Shown here: one piece after another, positions 20,407-28,912 of the stretch
How positions within the stretch are numbered: position 1 is the first letter of the stretch
How the letters are laid out: every line of letters begins with the position of its first letter
DNA from: Nitrososphaeria archaeon
GTDB lineage: Archaea; Thermoproteota; Nitrososphaeria; Nitrososphaerales; JAAOZN01
Direction: 5' to 3'
Assembly: GCA_029775855.1 (NCBI GenBank)
Contig: JARVJZ010000006.1
Coordinates: forward strand, 96,001 to 160,000
DNA: 64,000 nucleotides
Position numbers and translations under genes: made by a program
Notes under the pieces: generated by a model
What the model saw: the letters and a program-made list of their open reading frames with translations, nothing else
Database searches by the model: none
Told to the model about the DNA's origin: nothing

Positions 20407-20874
20407 ATACCGCTGAGATTCCTTGTAGACTCTATGCACGGCAGCTTAGCCAGAAAGCTAAGACTCTACGGCTACGATGTATCATACAACACCAACCTAG
20501 ACGATAAGGCTCTCATAAGTAAGGCTGCTGAGGAGGACAGATGGCTCCTAACCTCTGACCGAAACCTCTACTTAACAGCATTAAAAAGAGGGGTAAAAGC
20601 CTGCTTACTCTTAGGCAAGGATGACGCAAGTAGAGCTGCTGAAGTATTCAAGAAGATTGGTTTAGAGCCGCCTACATTAAAGCCTGAAACTTCAAGATGC
20701 CCAATCTGTAATGGGCTGCTTCAAATCTGTAGCCCAGAAGAGGTTGAGGTTAAGCACAAGCCTAAGAGCACATACTATAAATGTGTAGTCTGCGGTAAAC
20801 TCTACTGGATAGGAAGCCATTGGCCCAGAATTGTGGGCTTCGATAGGCGTCTAAGGCAGCTCCTTAAGACTTAA
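20407..20874 (+). CDS. Mut7-C (PIN-like) RNase domain protein with Zn ribbon; start codon uncertain
   Basis: RFLVDSMHGSLARKLRLYGYD, LLTSD, SRCPICNG, CVVCGKLYWIGSHW; conserved FLVD lies upstream of the first ATG (20434). Confidence 0.85.
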   Translation: MPLRFLVDSMHGSLARKLRLYGYDVSYNTNLDDKALISKAAEEDRWLLTSDRNLYLTALKRGVKACLLLGKDDASRAAEVFKKIGLEPPTLKPETSRCPICNGLLQICSPEEVEVKHKPKSTYYKCVVCGKLYWIGSHWPRIVGFDRRLRQLLKT

Positions 20875-20900
20875 AGGAGACCCTAGCTGGTGAAGATGCG

Positions 20901-21518
20901 ATGATCGAGCTTAGTGACGAAGAAGGCGAATTGCTTGTAAAAACGGCTAGAAGAGCAGCTGAAGAGTATGTAGTCAGCAGAAGAAGACTGAAAGTAGGCG
21001 AGGAATTTCAGAAAAGGTTCAGCGAGAAATTAGGTGTATTCGTTACGATAAACACATTAAAAGGAAAGGAGCATGAACTCAGAGGATGTATAGGGTTAGT
21101 TCAACCAAAAATACCCTTAAGCGAAGCGCTAATCGAAGCAGCTATAAGCGCAGCCACAGAAGACCCACGCTTTGAACCTATCAAACCCCAAGAACTCAAC
21201 AACCTAATCTTTGAAGTAAGCGTTTTAACACCGCCTGAGAGACTCAAAGCAGCATCACCGAGAGAGTATCTTAACTTGATAAAGATAGGAAGAGATGGCT
21301 TGATAGTCGAATACAGATTTCTAAGCGGGCTTCTACTTCCTCAAGTCCCAGTCGAAGAAGGTTGGGATGTTGAACAATACCTTTCATACGCCTGTATGAA
21401 GGCTGGTGCACCACCTGACATCTGGCTTCTGCCGGAGACAAAGCTCTACCGCTTTGAGGCAGTGGTCTTTGCTGAAGAAGAGCCGAATGGTAGGGTTATT
21501 AGGAGAAGGCTGGTTTGA
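20901..21518 (+). CDS. AMMECR1 domain protein (TIGR00296-type)
   Basis: GVFVT, LRGCIG, EDPRF, EVSVLT, GLLLPQV. Confidence 0.93.
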   Translation: MIELSDEEGELLVKTARRAAEEYVVSRRRLKVGEEFQKRFSEKLGVFVTINTLKGKEHELRGCIGLVQPKIPLSEALIEAAISAATEDPRFEPIKPQELNNLIFEVSVLTPPERLKAASPREYLNLIKIGRDGLIVEYRFLSGLLLPQVPVEEGWDVEQYLSYACMKAGAPPDIWLLPETKLYRFEAVVFAEEEPNGRVIRRRLV

Positions 21519-21533
21519 GGGGAAAGACTTGGC

Positions 21534-22703
21534 TTGAAAAGAGTCTATTTCCCCATCTTCGGTTCAGGTCTTGGTCACGCTGCTAGAATGGTTACTTTAG
21601 CTTCGAGGCTTGTTGCACTAGGATTTGAAGCAGCTTTCTCCTCATACTATGAAGCAGCTGATTATGTGGAGCAGAAGGGCTTCCTCTGCTTTAGAGTGCC
21701 TAGGTTAGATGTAGGTTGGACAGCGTCAGGAAAATTTGAAGGGCTTTTAAAGACCTCTAAGAGACTGCCTTGGCATATAGCCACATTTATCCGTCAAACA
21801 GTAATAGAGAGAAAGATTATGCAGAGTTGGAAACCAGATCTTGTCATCTCAGATTCACGCCTTTCTGCGGTTATAGCTGCTAAGACCTTGGGTTTAAGAT
21901 GCTTTGTAGTCACTAATCAGCTGCGTATACTTCTACCACCTAAGAAGAGAAGTAAGCGTACAAAGCCCATCGAACGCTTCCTCAACGAGATCTTAGGTAA
22001 ACTGTGGAATTTAGCCGACAGAATCTTCTTCCCAGACCTACCGCCACCATACACCATTTCTGAGGAGAATCTGTGGTGGGTTTCTGCTGTGAGGAAAAAA
22101 GCTGAGTATATTGGTTTTCTTGTTCAACCAACCAAGAAGAGTAGAGAGGAGCTCGAAGAGAGTCTCCGTAAAACTGGGTTAAACATAGATAAGCCTATAG
22201 TCTTTATTCACATAAGCGGGCCAGCATTTACAAAGCCAGCGCTTCTAAGAAAACTCCTTAAAGCTGCAACACTACTAAAGGATTTTCAAGTAGTTATATC
22301 TGAAGGCAGAACCAAAGGGAGCACAGAAGTTAAAAGATTAGATTCAATCTACTACTTTGAATGGTGCCCGATAAGTGAAGACCTTATGCAGATTTCAGAC
22401 ATACTTGTGGTTAGGGGAGGGCATTCAACCCTTGGCTCAGCTCTTCTGCTTGGAAAGCCTATGCTTATAATACCGATAGCAGACCATAGTGAACAATTTA
22501 GCAACACATTTAAAATGGTTAGGCTCGGTGTGGCTCTTTGGCTCGACCCGCTTGAGTCAAATCCTGAAGACATCTGTGAAGCTGTACATACGCTTCATGG
22601 TGATGGCGCCTATAGGAGTAGAGTTTCAGTTCTTTCACAGTTAGCTTCAAAGTATGATGGGTTAAGTAGGTTTACTGATGCAGTTCTTGAGGCGTTAAGA
22701 TAA
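21534..22703 (+). CDS. GT-B glycosyltransferase (GT28/MurG-like)
   Basis: GSGLGHAAR, PDLVISD, RGGHST, IP...HSEQ..N. Confidence 0.85.
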   Translation: MKRVYFPIFGSGLGHAARMVTLASRLVALGFEAAFSSYYEAADYVEQKGFLCFRVPRLDVGWTASGKFEGLLKTSKRLPWHIATFIRQTVIERKIMQSWKPDLVISDSRLSAVIAAKTLGLRCFVVTNQLRILLPPKKRSKRTKPIERFLNEILGKLWNLADRIFFPDLPPPYTISEENLWWVSAVRKKAEYIGFLVQPTKKSREELEESLRKTGLNIDKPIVFIHISGPAFTKPALLRKLLKAATLLKDFQVVISEGRTKGSTEVKRLDSIYYFEWCPISEDLMQISDILVVRGGHSTLGSALLLGKPMLIIPIADHSEQFSNTFKMVRLGVALWLDPLESNPEDICEAVHTLHGDGAYRSRVSVLSQLASKYDGLSRFTDAVLEALR

Positions 22704-23834
22704 ACTATCTACAATTTCGTGTGCGTCTAAAAGACCCTTCACCACTTCTAGCCTTACAACATCTTTCCAAGCATCTCTTGCAGCGTCCTCTAAACTTGAA
22801 AGAGTTCTTCCAGAAGCGTCTAACATACTTAACCTACATTCGTTTAAATCAATCTGAAGCTTAGAGTGAAGACCTATCATACGCGCGTAACACAGCATCT
22901 CATCATTAGTCAAGAAGGATGCTGGTGAGAACATGGTAACTGATTCTCTACAAGCTCTTTCAACAACATTCGTTGCGCTACCCCCTAGGATAAGCGGCAA
23001 AGAGACAGCCTTAACATTAGTCTCTTTAGCCGCTTTAAGGGCTAATGTTGCTGTAAACTCAAACCAACTATAGCTTCCATCCCCAGTTCTATAACGATTT
23101 GCTGCATCAACATAGAACACTTGAACAATCTTTTTAGGCATACATCGTCTGAGCAGAGTAAAGACTTCAAAGGAGTGGTATAGCAGCTTAGAGGAGGGTT
23201 GAGGTTGGCTGATGATAATATATTTAGCGTCAAATCCAGCTCTTTGCGTAAGCCAAGCGTTCACCAGAGACCTCACTGTAGGTTCAACCACTATTATGCA
23301 TTCCCCTAAAGAGCCGCAGGGAAGCCCACAGGAGCCTAGATAGCGGTGAGTGAAGATGTATGCGTCTTCTTTTGTGACTAGAGTGTAGACAACCTTATCG
23401 GGCTTCTTCTCATCTGGTTTAGCGCCTCTATCACTAACTTCACCTATGAGTATAGATGTTGCTAGAGATTCTAGATCTTTGGGTTCAAAGTTTAGGTTTT
23501 GGGTTGTCTCAACTTTAACCATAAAACGCTCTTTCTCAAAGATACCTTTTTTACCCATTCTCACTATGGCTTGCAGAACTTCGTCAAATTCTGGATTTAC
23601 TCTTTCAGCCAAAGCCACATAAGCTACGCCAGAGAATCTGGATATAGTTTCAGCAACCTCAACTAGGTTTTGGGCTTCTACCTCTATGATATCCCCCTTT
23701 ACTTTAATCGAATACTTTGAATCCGTAAAGGATGGTAAAGACTCTATTAGTAGATGCTTCAACAAATCTATCTGGGCAGCAGTCTCAGCTGAAGGTTTGA
23801 CGACGCAGCGCATAAGCAAGGTAAGCCTAACCAT
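22695..23834 (-). CDS. THUMP-domain, ThiI-like protein with degenerate PP-loop
   Basis: ThiI-like layout (..SRFSGVA.., THUMP, GLPCGSLG), but SGGxDS is replaced by EPTVRS. Confidence 0.7.
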   Translation of the reverse strand: MVRLTLLMRCVVKPSAETAAQIDLLKHLLIESLPSFTDSKYSIKVKGDIIEVEAQNLVEVAETISRFSGVAYVALAERVNPEFDEVLQAIVRMGKKGIFEKERFMVKVETTQNLNFEPKDLESLATSILIGEVSDRGAKPDEKKPDKVVYTLVTKEDAYIFTHRYLGSCGLPCGSLGECIIVVEPTVRSLVNAWLTQRAGFDAKYIIISQPQPSSKLLYHSFEVFTLLRRCMPKKIVQVFYVDAANRYRTGDGSYSWFEFTATLALKAAKETNVKAVSLPLILGGSATNVVERACRESVTMFSPASFLTNDEMLCYARMIGLHSKLQIDLNECRLSMLDASGRTLSSLEDAARDAWKDVVRLEVVKGLLDAHEIVDSLS

Positions 23835-23866
23835 CCTTATAAGAATCTACTTAACCTTACCTAAAC

Positions 23867-25171
23867 TTGGAGGTAGGTAGATTGAGTCAAGTCGAGATTT
23901 CAGAGGCCTTTCAGCTGCCTGAAGGCTCAGCGGTTAAACTTAGAGGCTGGGTGGCTTCGAAGTCAGAGGTGGGTGGCATAATCTTCATCACTTTAAGAGA
24001 CGGCACAGGATACATTCAAGCAGCGGGTAAGAAGGGAGTTATTGGTGAAGAAGATTTTCAGAGACTAAAGCGGGTTACAAAAGAAACAGCGGTTGAGTTG
24101 GAGGGAAGCATAAGGGTAGATAAGAGGGCGCCAAAGGGAAGAGAAGTAGCCATAAAATCTCTGAGTATTATAGCTTTGGCTGATAAATGGCCTATAACTA
24201 AAAGCGCCGTTAAATCAACATCATTCCTTTATGACTATAGGCACCTCTCAATAAGAGGGCGTAAGGCTTCAGCTGTAATCAAGATAAGATGGGGCATCAT
24301 GAAAGCGGCGATAGAATTCTTCTCGCAGCGTGGCTACTGCCTAATAAGCTCGCCTACAATAGTTCAGTCGGCTTGCGAGGGAGGGGCTACGCTTTTTGAA
24401 CTCGACTACTTTGGTCAAAAAGCTTACCTTAGTCAAAGTGCACAATTTTATGAAGAGGCTGCGATTTGTGCATTAGGGAAGGTTTTCATTCTTCAACCAG
24501 CATTTAGAGCAGAGAAGTCTAAGACACCAAAGCATCTCACTGAATTTTGGATGATAGAAGCAGAAAAGGCATTCATGGATCAAGAGGAGAATATGAAGCT
24601 CCAAGAAGACCTTATTACATACATCTGCAACAGAGTGGTGGAAGATTGTAAAGAGGAACTGGAGGTGCTTGGGCGAAGATTTAAGCCTCCTGAACCGCCT
24701 TTCCCACGCATAACCTATGATGAAGTTTTGAAGTTCGCGTCTGAGCAGAATCTAGGCTTCAAATGGGGTGAAGACATTCCAACAGTGGTGGAAACGCTAC
24801 TCTCTAAGAGCCAGACCAAACCATTCTTCATAACAGACTACCCTTTGAGCGCAAGAAGTTTCTACCATATGACTAAGCCTGATAACGAAAACATAACTCT
24901 TTCAGCAGACCTAATTGCACCAGAGGGGCATGGTGAAATAGCTACTGGCGGGCAAAGAATACACGACTACCAAACCTTGCTTAAAAGAATAGAGTCCCAA
25001 GAACTGCCGATGGAGAACTTCAGATGGTACCTTGAACTAAGAAGATATGGTATGCCCCCTCACTCTGGCTTTGGAGTAGGTGTAGAAAGGCTTACTAAGT
25101 GGGTCGCTGGGTTAAAACATATAAGGGCTGCAAGCCTATTTCCACGCACACCAACCAGAGTCAACCCCTAA
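23867..25171 (+). CDS. asnS: Asparaginyl-tRNA synthetase
   Basis: LRGWV, LRDGTG, YLSQSAQFY.EA, FRAEKS.T.KHLTEFW, PHSGFG.GVERL (AsnRS-type motif 2). Confidence 0.85.
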   Translation: MEVGRLSQVEISEAFQLPEGSAVKLRGWVASKSEVGGIIFITLRDGTGYIQAAGKKGVIGEEDFQRLKRVTKETAVELEGSIRVDKRAPKGREVAIKSLSIIALADKWPITKSAVKSTSFLYDYRHLSIRGRKASAVIKIRWGIMKAAIEFFSQRGYCLISSPTIVQSACEGGATLFELDYFGQKAYLSQSAQFYEEAAICALGKVFILQPAFRAEKSKTPKHLTEFWMIEAEKAFMDQEENMKLQEDLITYICNRVVEDCKEELEVLGRRFKPPEPPFPRITYDEVLKFASEQNLGFKWGEDIPTVVETLLSKSQTKPFFITDYPLSARSFYHMTKPDNENITLSADLIAPEGHGEIATGGQRIHDYQTLLKRIESQELPMENFRWYLELRRYGMPPHSGFGVGVERLTKWVAGLKHIRAASLFPRTPTRVNP

Positions 25172-25172
25172 G

Positions 25173-26135
25173 CTACTTAGATTTAAGACGAGCAACCTCC
25201 TCAGCAACCTTTATAGCCTTTTGAGCGACTTCAACAGCATTACTCCCAAATATGTATGCTGATGGCTCTATCCAATATCCACCAGCATCTACAAACACTT
25301 CTGGTAGAGGTTCACCTCGCTTACCAAGGTTCAACACCTCCTCTATAACACGAGTCTGAGCCATATTTGCGTTGGTTGGTGTCTCACGCCTATCGAATAT
25401 GTAGACGCTGAAACCCAGCTTTGTAAACGCACCTCTTACAAACCTATTATACGCAATGTTTATGGCTGCACGAACATCGGGATTAACACGCATCGCTGCG
25501 AGCAAAACAGAAGCTAGATGCTCCGAGGCGCCAAACTCAGGAGGCATAAAGGCTCTTGGCATACCCTCAACCTTAGATATGCGCCCGGGTATACCAGCGA
25601 CATCTTTGACGCTCTTAGCATTAGGTGTTGCTTCAACTATATTAACTAAGACTTCAGGTATAACTTCACTAAACTCCTTTGATGCATGGATAAGGTTCAG
25701 TGCAGCCTTTAAGTTGCTTAAAGCAACATACCGTTTATCTACAGTTGGGAGACCCTTTGAATAGAGTTGGATACATATATCACATCCTTCTGCTTGTAAA
25801 CTTGGAAACCTAAGCTTATGCAGCGTGCAAACCGAGCCTTGACACTTTAGGGTTGTGCATAGGGTGCAGATGCCTTTTACCGCCTCAGAGTATGATAAAT
25901 TGCCTGAGGCTAGACCCGAGGCGAGCCATTTTGATAGAGCAACAACTTCTTCTGAATAGAGAGGTTCATTCTTATCTATCTGCTGTTTAAGGTATCCGCT
26001 TACCGCTGGCTGTGTTACACCTACCATCTCAGCTATCTTGGCTTGGCTTAAACCTTTTGCCTTCAGATCTTTGGCTACGAGGGCTCTGATGAGTGGTAGA
26101 AGGTCTTTTATGGCTACTTCACAAGGAGGCTTCAT
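25173..26135 (-). CDS. thiR: ThiR-type transcriptional regulator (HTH + ThiN-like domain); start revised to ATG 26135
   Basis: KPPCE, HTH SQAKIAEMVGVTQPAVSGY, Cys cluster, ThiN-like IPEV..N...DVAGIPGRI...FGASEH; divergent from cytX-thiDN. Confidence 0.85.
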   Translation of the reverse strand: MKPPCEVAIKDLLPLIRALVAKDLKAKGLSQAKIAEMVGVTQPAVSGYLKQQIDKNEPLYSEEVVALSKWLASGLASGNLSYSEAVKGICTLCTTLKCQGSVCTLHKLRFPSLQAEGCDICIQLYSKGLPTVDKRYVALSNLKAALNLIHASKEFSEVIPEVLVNIVEATPNAKSVKDVAGIPGRISKVEGMPRAFMPPEFGASEHLASVLLAAMRVNPDVRAAINIAYNRFVRGAFTKLGFSVYIFDRRETPTNANMAQTRVIEEVLNLGKRGEPLPEVFVDAGGYWIEPSAYIFGSNAVEVAQKAIKVAEEVARLKSK

Positions 26136-26138
26136 CAA

Positions 26139-26165
26139 TATAACCGATTTATCAACAATGTTATA
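26139..26165. promoter_or_regulatory. Tandem imperfect palindromes, putative ThiR operators overlapping the TATA box
   Basis: TATAAC-CGA-TTTATC (26139-26153) and ATCAAC-AAT-GTTATA (26151-26165), both fitting TATAAC-N3-GTTATA; TTATAA about 26 nt upstream of cytX. Confidence 0.6.
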
Positions 26166-26191
26166 AGCTGATCGCTCTTGGACTTCTGTGG

Positions 26192-27499
26192 ATGAAGATC
26201 CGTAAGCCTCCTGAATGGGGCATAACGCCTGTGCCTCCGAGTCAGAGGATACTTCGCCCAATAGATTTAGCGGTCTTCTGGACTAGCTTGGGGACGGGGC
26301 TGCTGGTTTACCAAGCTGGTGCGCTTCTTGTGCCTTCTTTAGACTTCTTAACATCATTTCTAGTGATTACAGTAGGCACAGTCATAGGAACCTTGCCGCT
26401 TGCTTTGGCTGGTATGATAGGTGGGAAGTGTGGAGTACCTACCATGGTTTCGCTACGCCCAGCCTTCGGTATACGGGGCTCCTACTTTCCAACTTGGCTT
26501 AATGTTGCGCAGCTCGTAGGCTGGGGCACATTGGAGATAGTGGTGATGGCTAAGGCTGGTGACCTCATTTTATCCACTACTACTGGGTTCTCAGCATATT
26601 GGCTTTGGGTAATCATCTTCACAATCTTCACGATAATTATGGGTATAGGGGGACCTTTGATGGTTGTTAAGCAGTGGCTTGAAAGATTCGCCTTCTGGCT
26701 TCTCTACGGCTCAGCAGCTTGGGTAACCTTTTGGGCTCTTCAGAATGGAGGTTTAAGCAGAGTTATGGGCGCCAAGGCTGAAGGCGGGTTGCCTCTTCTA
26801 ATGGCTCTTGACATTGTAATAGCGATGCCTCTATCTTGGATGCCTCTTGCAGCAGACTACAATAGGTTTGCGAGCACAGCAAAAGGTGGCTTTTTAGGCA
26901 CCTACTTAGGGTTTATAGTAGGAAACATCTCAGGATACACAATAGGAAGCATACTCATATTAGCCACTGGTTCAGCTGATATAGTTGGTTCTTTCGGCTA
27001 CCTATTTCTCGGAGCACCAGCCCTACTACTTATCTTAGTTTACGAGTTGGATAACTGCTTTGCAGATGTGTACTCAGCAGCGGTCTCGGTGCAAAATAAT
27101 CTACCTAAGTTAAAGCAGTGGACGCTCATCGTGTTCATAGGCGGCTTATGCGCAGCATTAGCTCTATTCATCAACATCGAAAACTATGTCTGGTTCCTAC
27201 TCTGGATAGGCGCAACATTCTCACCAATCTTTGGCGTCGTATTGAGCGACCACTACATCTTAGCGAAGCAGAAGTTTGATGTAGAGCATCTATATATCAA
27301 AGGCGGCAGCTACTGGTATACTAAAGGTGTTAACATCTCAGCAATAGTTTCTTGGGCCGCTGGATTCATAATGTATGTAGCTATAACAACATACATATCT
27401 TGGTTAGGTGCTACTATACCCAGCATGCTCACGGCAGCAGCCCTTTATGTAATCTTTGTTAAGATGGCTAGGCGTAAGCAGTTAGTGGTGAGGGTGTAG
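26192..27499 (+). CDS. cytX: NCS1-family hydroxymethylpyrimidine transporter CytX
   Basis: About 12 hydrophobic segments; [23 protein letters not shown]; adjacent to thiD. Confidence 0.85.
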   Translation: MKIRKPPEWGITPVPPSQRILRPIDLAVFWTSLGTGLLVYQAGALLVPSLDFLTSFLVITVGTVIGTLPLALAGMIGGKCGVPTMVSLRPAFGIRGSYFPTWLNVAQLVGWGTLEIVVMAKAGDLILSTTTGFSAYWLWVIIFTIFTIIMGIGGPLMVVKQWLERFAFWLLYGSAAWVTFWALQNGGLSRVMGAKAEGGLPLLMALDIVIAMPLSWMPLAADYNRFASTAKGGFLGTYLGFIVGNISGYTIGSILILATGSADIVGSFGYLFLGAPALLLILVYELDNCFADVYSAAVSVQNNLPKLKQWTLIVFIGGLCAALALFINIENYVWFLLWIGATFSPIFGVVLSDHYILAKQKFDVEHLYIKGGSYWYTKGVNISAIVSWAAGFIMYVAITTYISWLGATIPSMLTAAALYVIFVKMARRKQLVVRV

Positions 27500-27505
27500 G
27501 TTTCT

Positions 27506-28876
27506 ATGGAAGATGTTGCAAGAGCACTTACAATAGCCGGCTCAGATTCTGGTGGAGGAGCGGGTATACAAGCAGACCTTAAGACATTTGCAGCCCTTGG
27601 AGTATATGGGATGTGTGTAATTACAGCAGTAACGGCGCAGAACACGACTGGCGTTTCAGCGGTTCAGCCTATAGATGATGAGGTGGTTAGGGAGCAGATT
27701 AGAGTGGTTGTTTCAGATATTGGTGTTGACGCTGTGAAGACTGGTATGCTTTACAGCCGTGGAATAATTGAGGTTGTTGCTGATGAACTCGAGAACATCA
27801 AGGCACCTCTGGTTGTAGATCCGGTTATGGTGGCTAAGAGCGGCGCTCGGTTGCTTAAAGAGGATGCTGAAGAAGCGTTGATAAAAAAGATACTCCCCTT
27901 GGCAACAGTCGTAACCCCCAACTTAGATGAAGCTGCTCGGTTAGCTGGGTTAAGCATTAAGAGCTTAGAGGACGCTGAGGAGGCTGCAAAGAAGATAGCA
28001 ACCCTAGGGCCGAAGGCGGTAGTGGTTAAAGGTGGGCATTTGGATTTAGAGGAGAGTGTGGATACATTATATTATAATGGTGTAGTAAGAAAGTATGCTT
28101 CAAAGAGGGTGAGTGGAGGCACACATGGCACTGGATGCACCTTCGCCTCAGCCATAGCAGCACTCTTAGCCAAAGGATATGACATCTTCTCTGCAGTAGA
28201 GGAGGCAAAACGCTTTGTAGCAGACGCTATCTTACACAGCCCTAAAGTTGGTAGAGGCGTTGCACCAGTATCACCCTTAGGTAAGACTGTGCTCTACGCT
28301 GAGAAGATGAAAGTTCTAGAGAGCGTAGGAGAAGCGGTAAACTTACTTGAAAACAACTCAGCCTTTGCAGACCTCATACCCGAATGCCAAACCAACATAG
28401 CTATGGCTCTACCGCAACCAAAGAAACTAGAGGACATCGCTGCCATCCCAGGAAGGATTGTAAACGCCATGGGTAAGGTCAAGGCTTCTGGCTGCCCAAA
28501 ATTTGGCGCATCGAGACACCTCGCATCAACTCTGCTTGCTATCTCAGAATACACACCTTTGGTTAGAGCCGCTCTGAACATAAGATTTGACGAACGGATT
28601 TTGGATGCTGCGCGTAAATTAGGCTATTTATGCTCAGAGTATGATAGGTCAAAGGAGCCTCCCGAAGTAAAGGCTGCTGAAGGCGAGACAACCAAATGGG
28701 GCGCAAGAGAGGCGGTGAAGAGCATAGGCGCAGTACCAGATATAATATTTCATAGAGGTGATGTTGGAAAAGAGGCTATGATAGTCATATTAGGTAGGGA
28801 TGCTGTTGAAGCTGTTCATAAAGCTCTAAAGATCTTAACTCAATACAAAAATTTGAAAGAGTGTAGTAAAAGTTAA
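27506..28876 (+). CDS. thiDN: Bifunctional HMP(-P) kinase / thiamine-phosphate synthase ThiDN
   Basis: [25 protein letters not shown]; C-terminal ThiN IPECQTN...PGRI...FGASRH. Confidence 0.95.
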   Translation: MEDVARALTIAGSDSGGGAGIQADLKTFAALGVYGMCVITAVTAQNTTGVSAVQPIDDEVVREQIRVVVSDIGVDAVKTGMLYSRGIIEVVADELENIKAPLVVDPVMVAKSGARLLKEDAEEALIKKILPLATVVTPNLDEAARLAGLSIKSLEDAEEAAKKIATLGPKAVVVKGGHLDLEESVDTLYYNGVVRKYASKRVSGGTHGTGCTFASAIAALLAKGYDIFSAVEEAKRFVADAILHSPKVGRGVAPVSPLGKTVLYAEKMKVLESVGEAVNLLENNSAFADLIPECQTNIAMALPQPKKLEDIAAIPGRIVNAMGKVKASGCPKFGASRHLASTLLAISEYTPLVRAALNIRFDERILDAARKLGYLCSEYDRSKEPPEVKAAEGETTKWGAREAVKSIGAVPDIIFHRGDVGKEAMIVILGRDAVEAVHKALKILTQYKNLKECSKS

Positions 28877-28912
28877 TAGACCTATCATATATAGTGTGCC
28901 CAGTGTATCCAA

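Noticed and set aside
26136-26261. Long N-terminal extension of thiR overlapping cytX
   Set aside because: Spans the promoter/operator; the conserved start is MKPPCE at 26135
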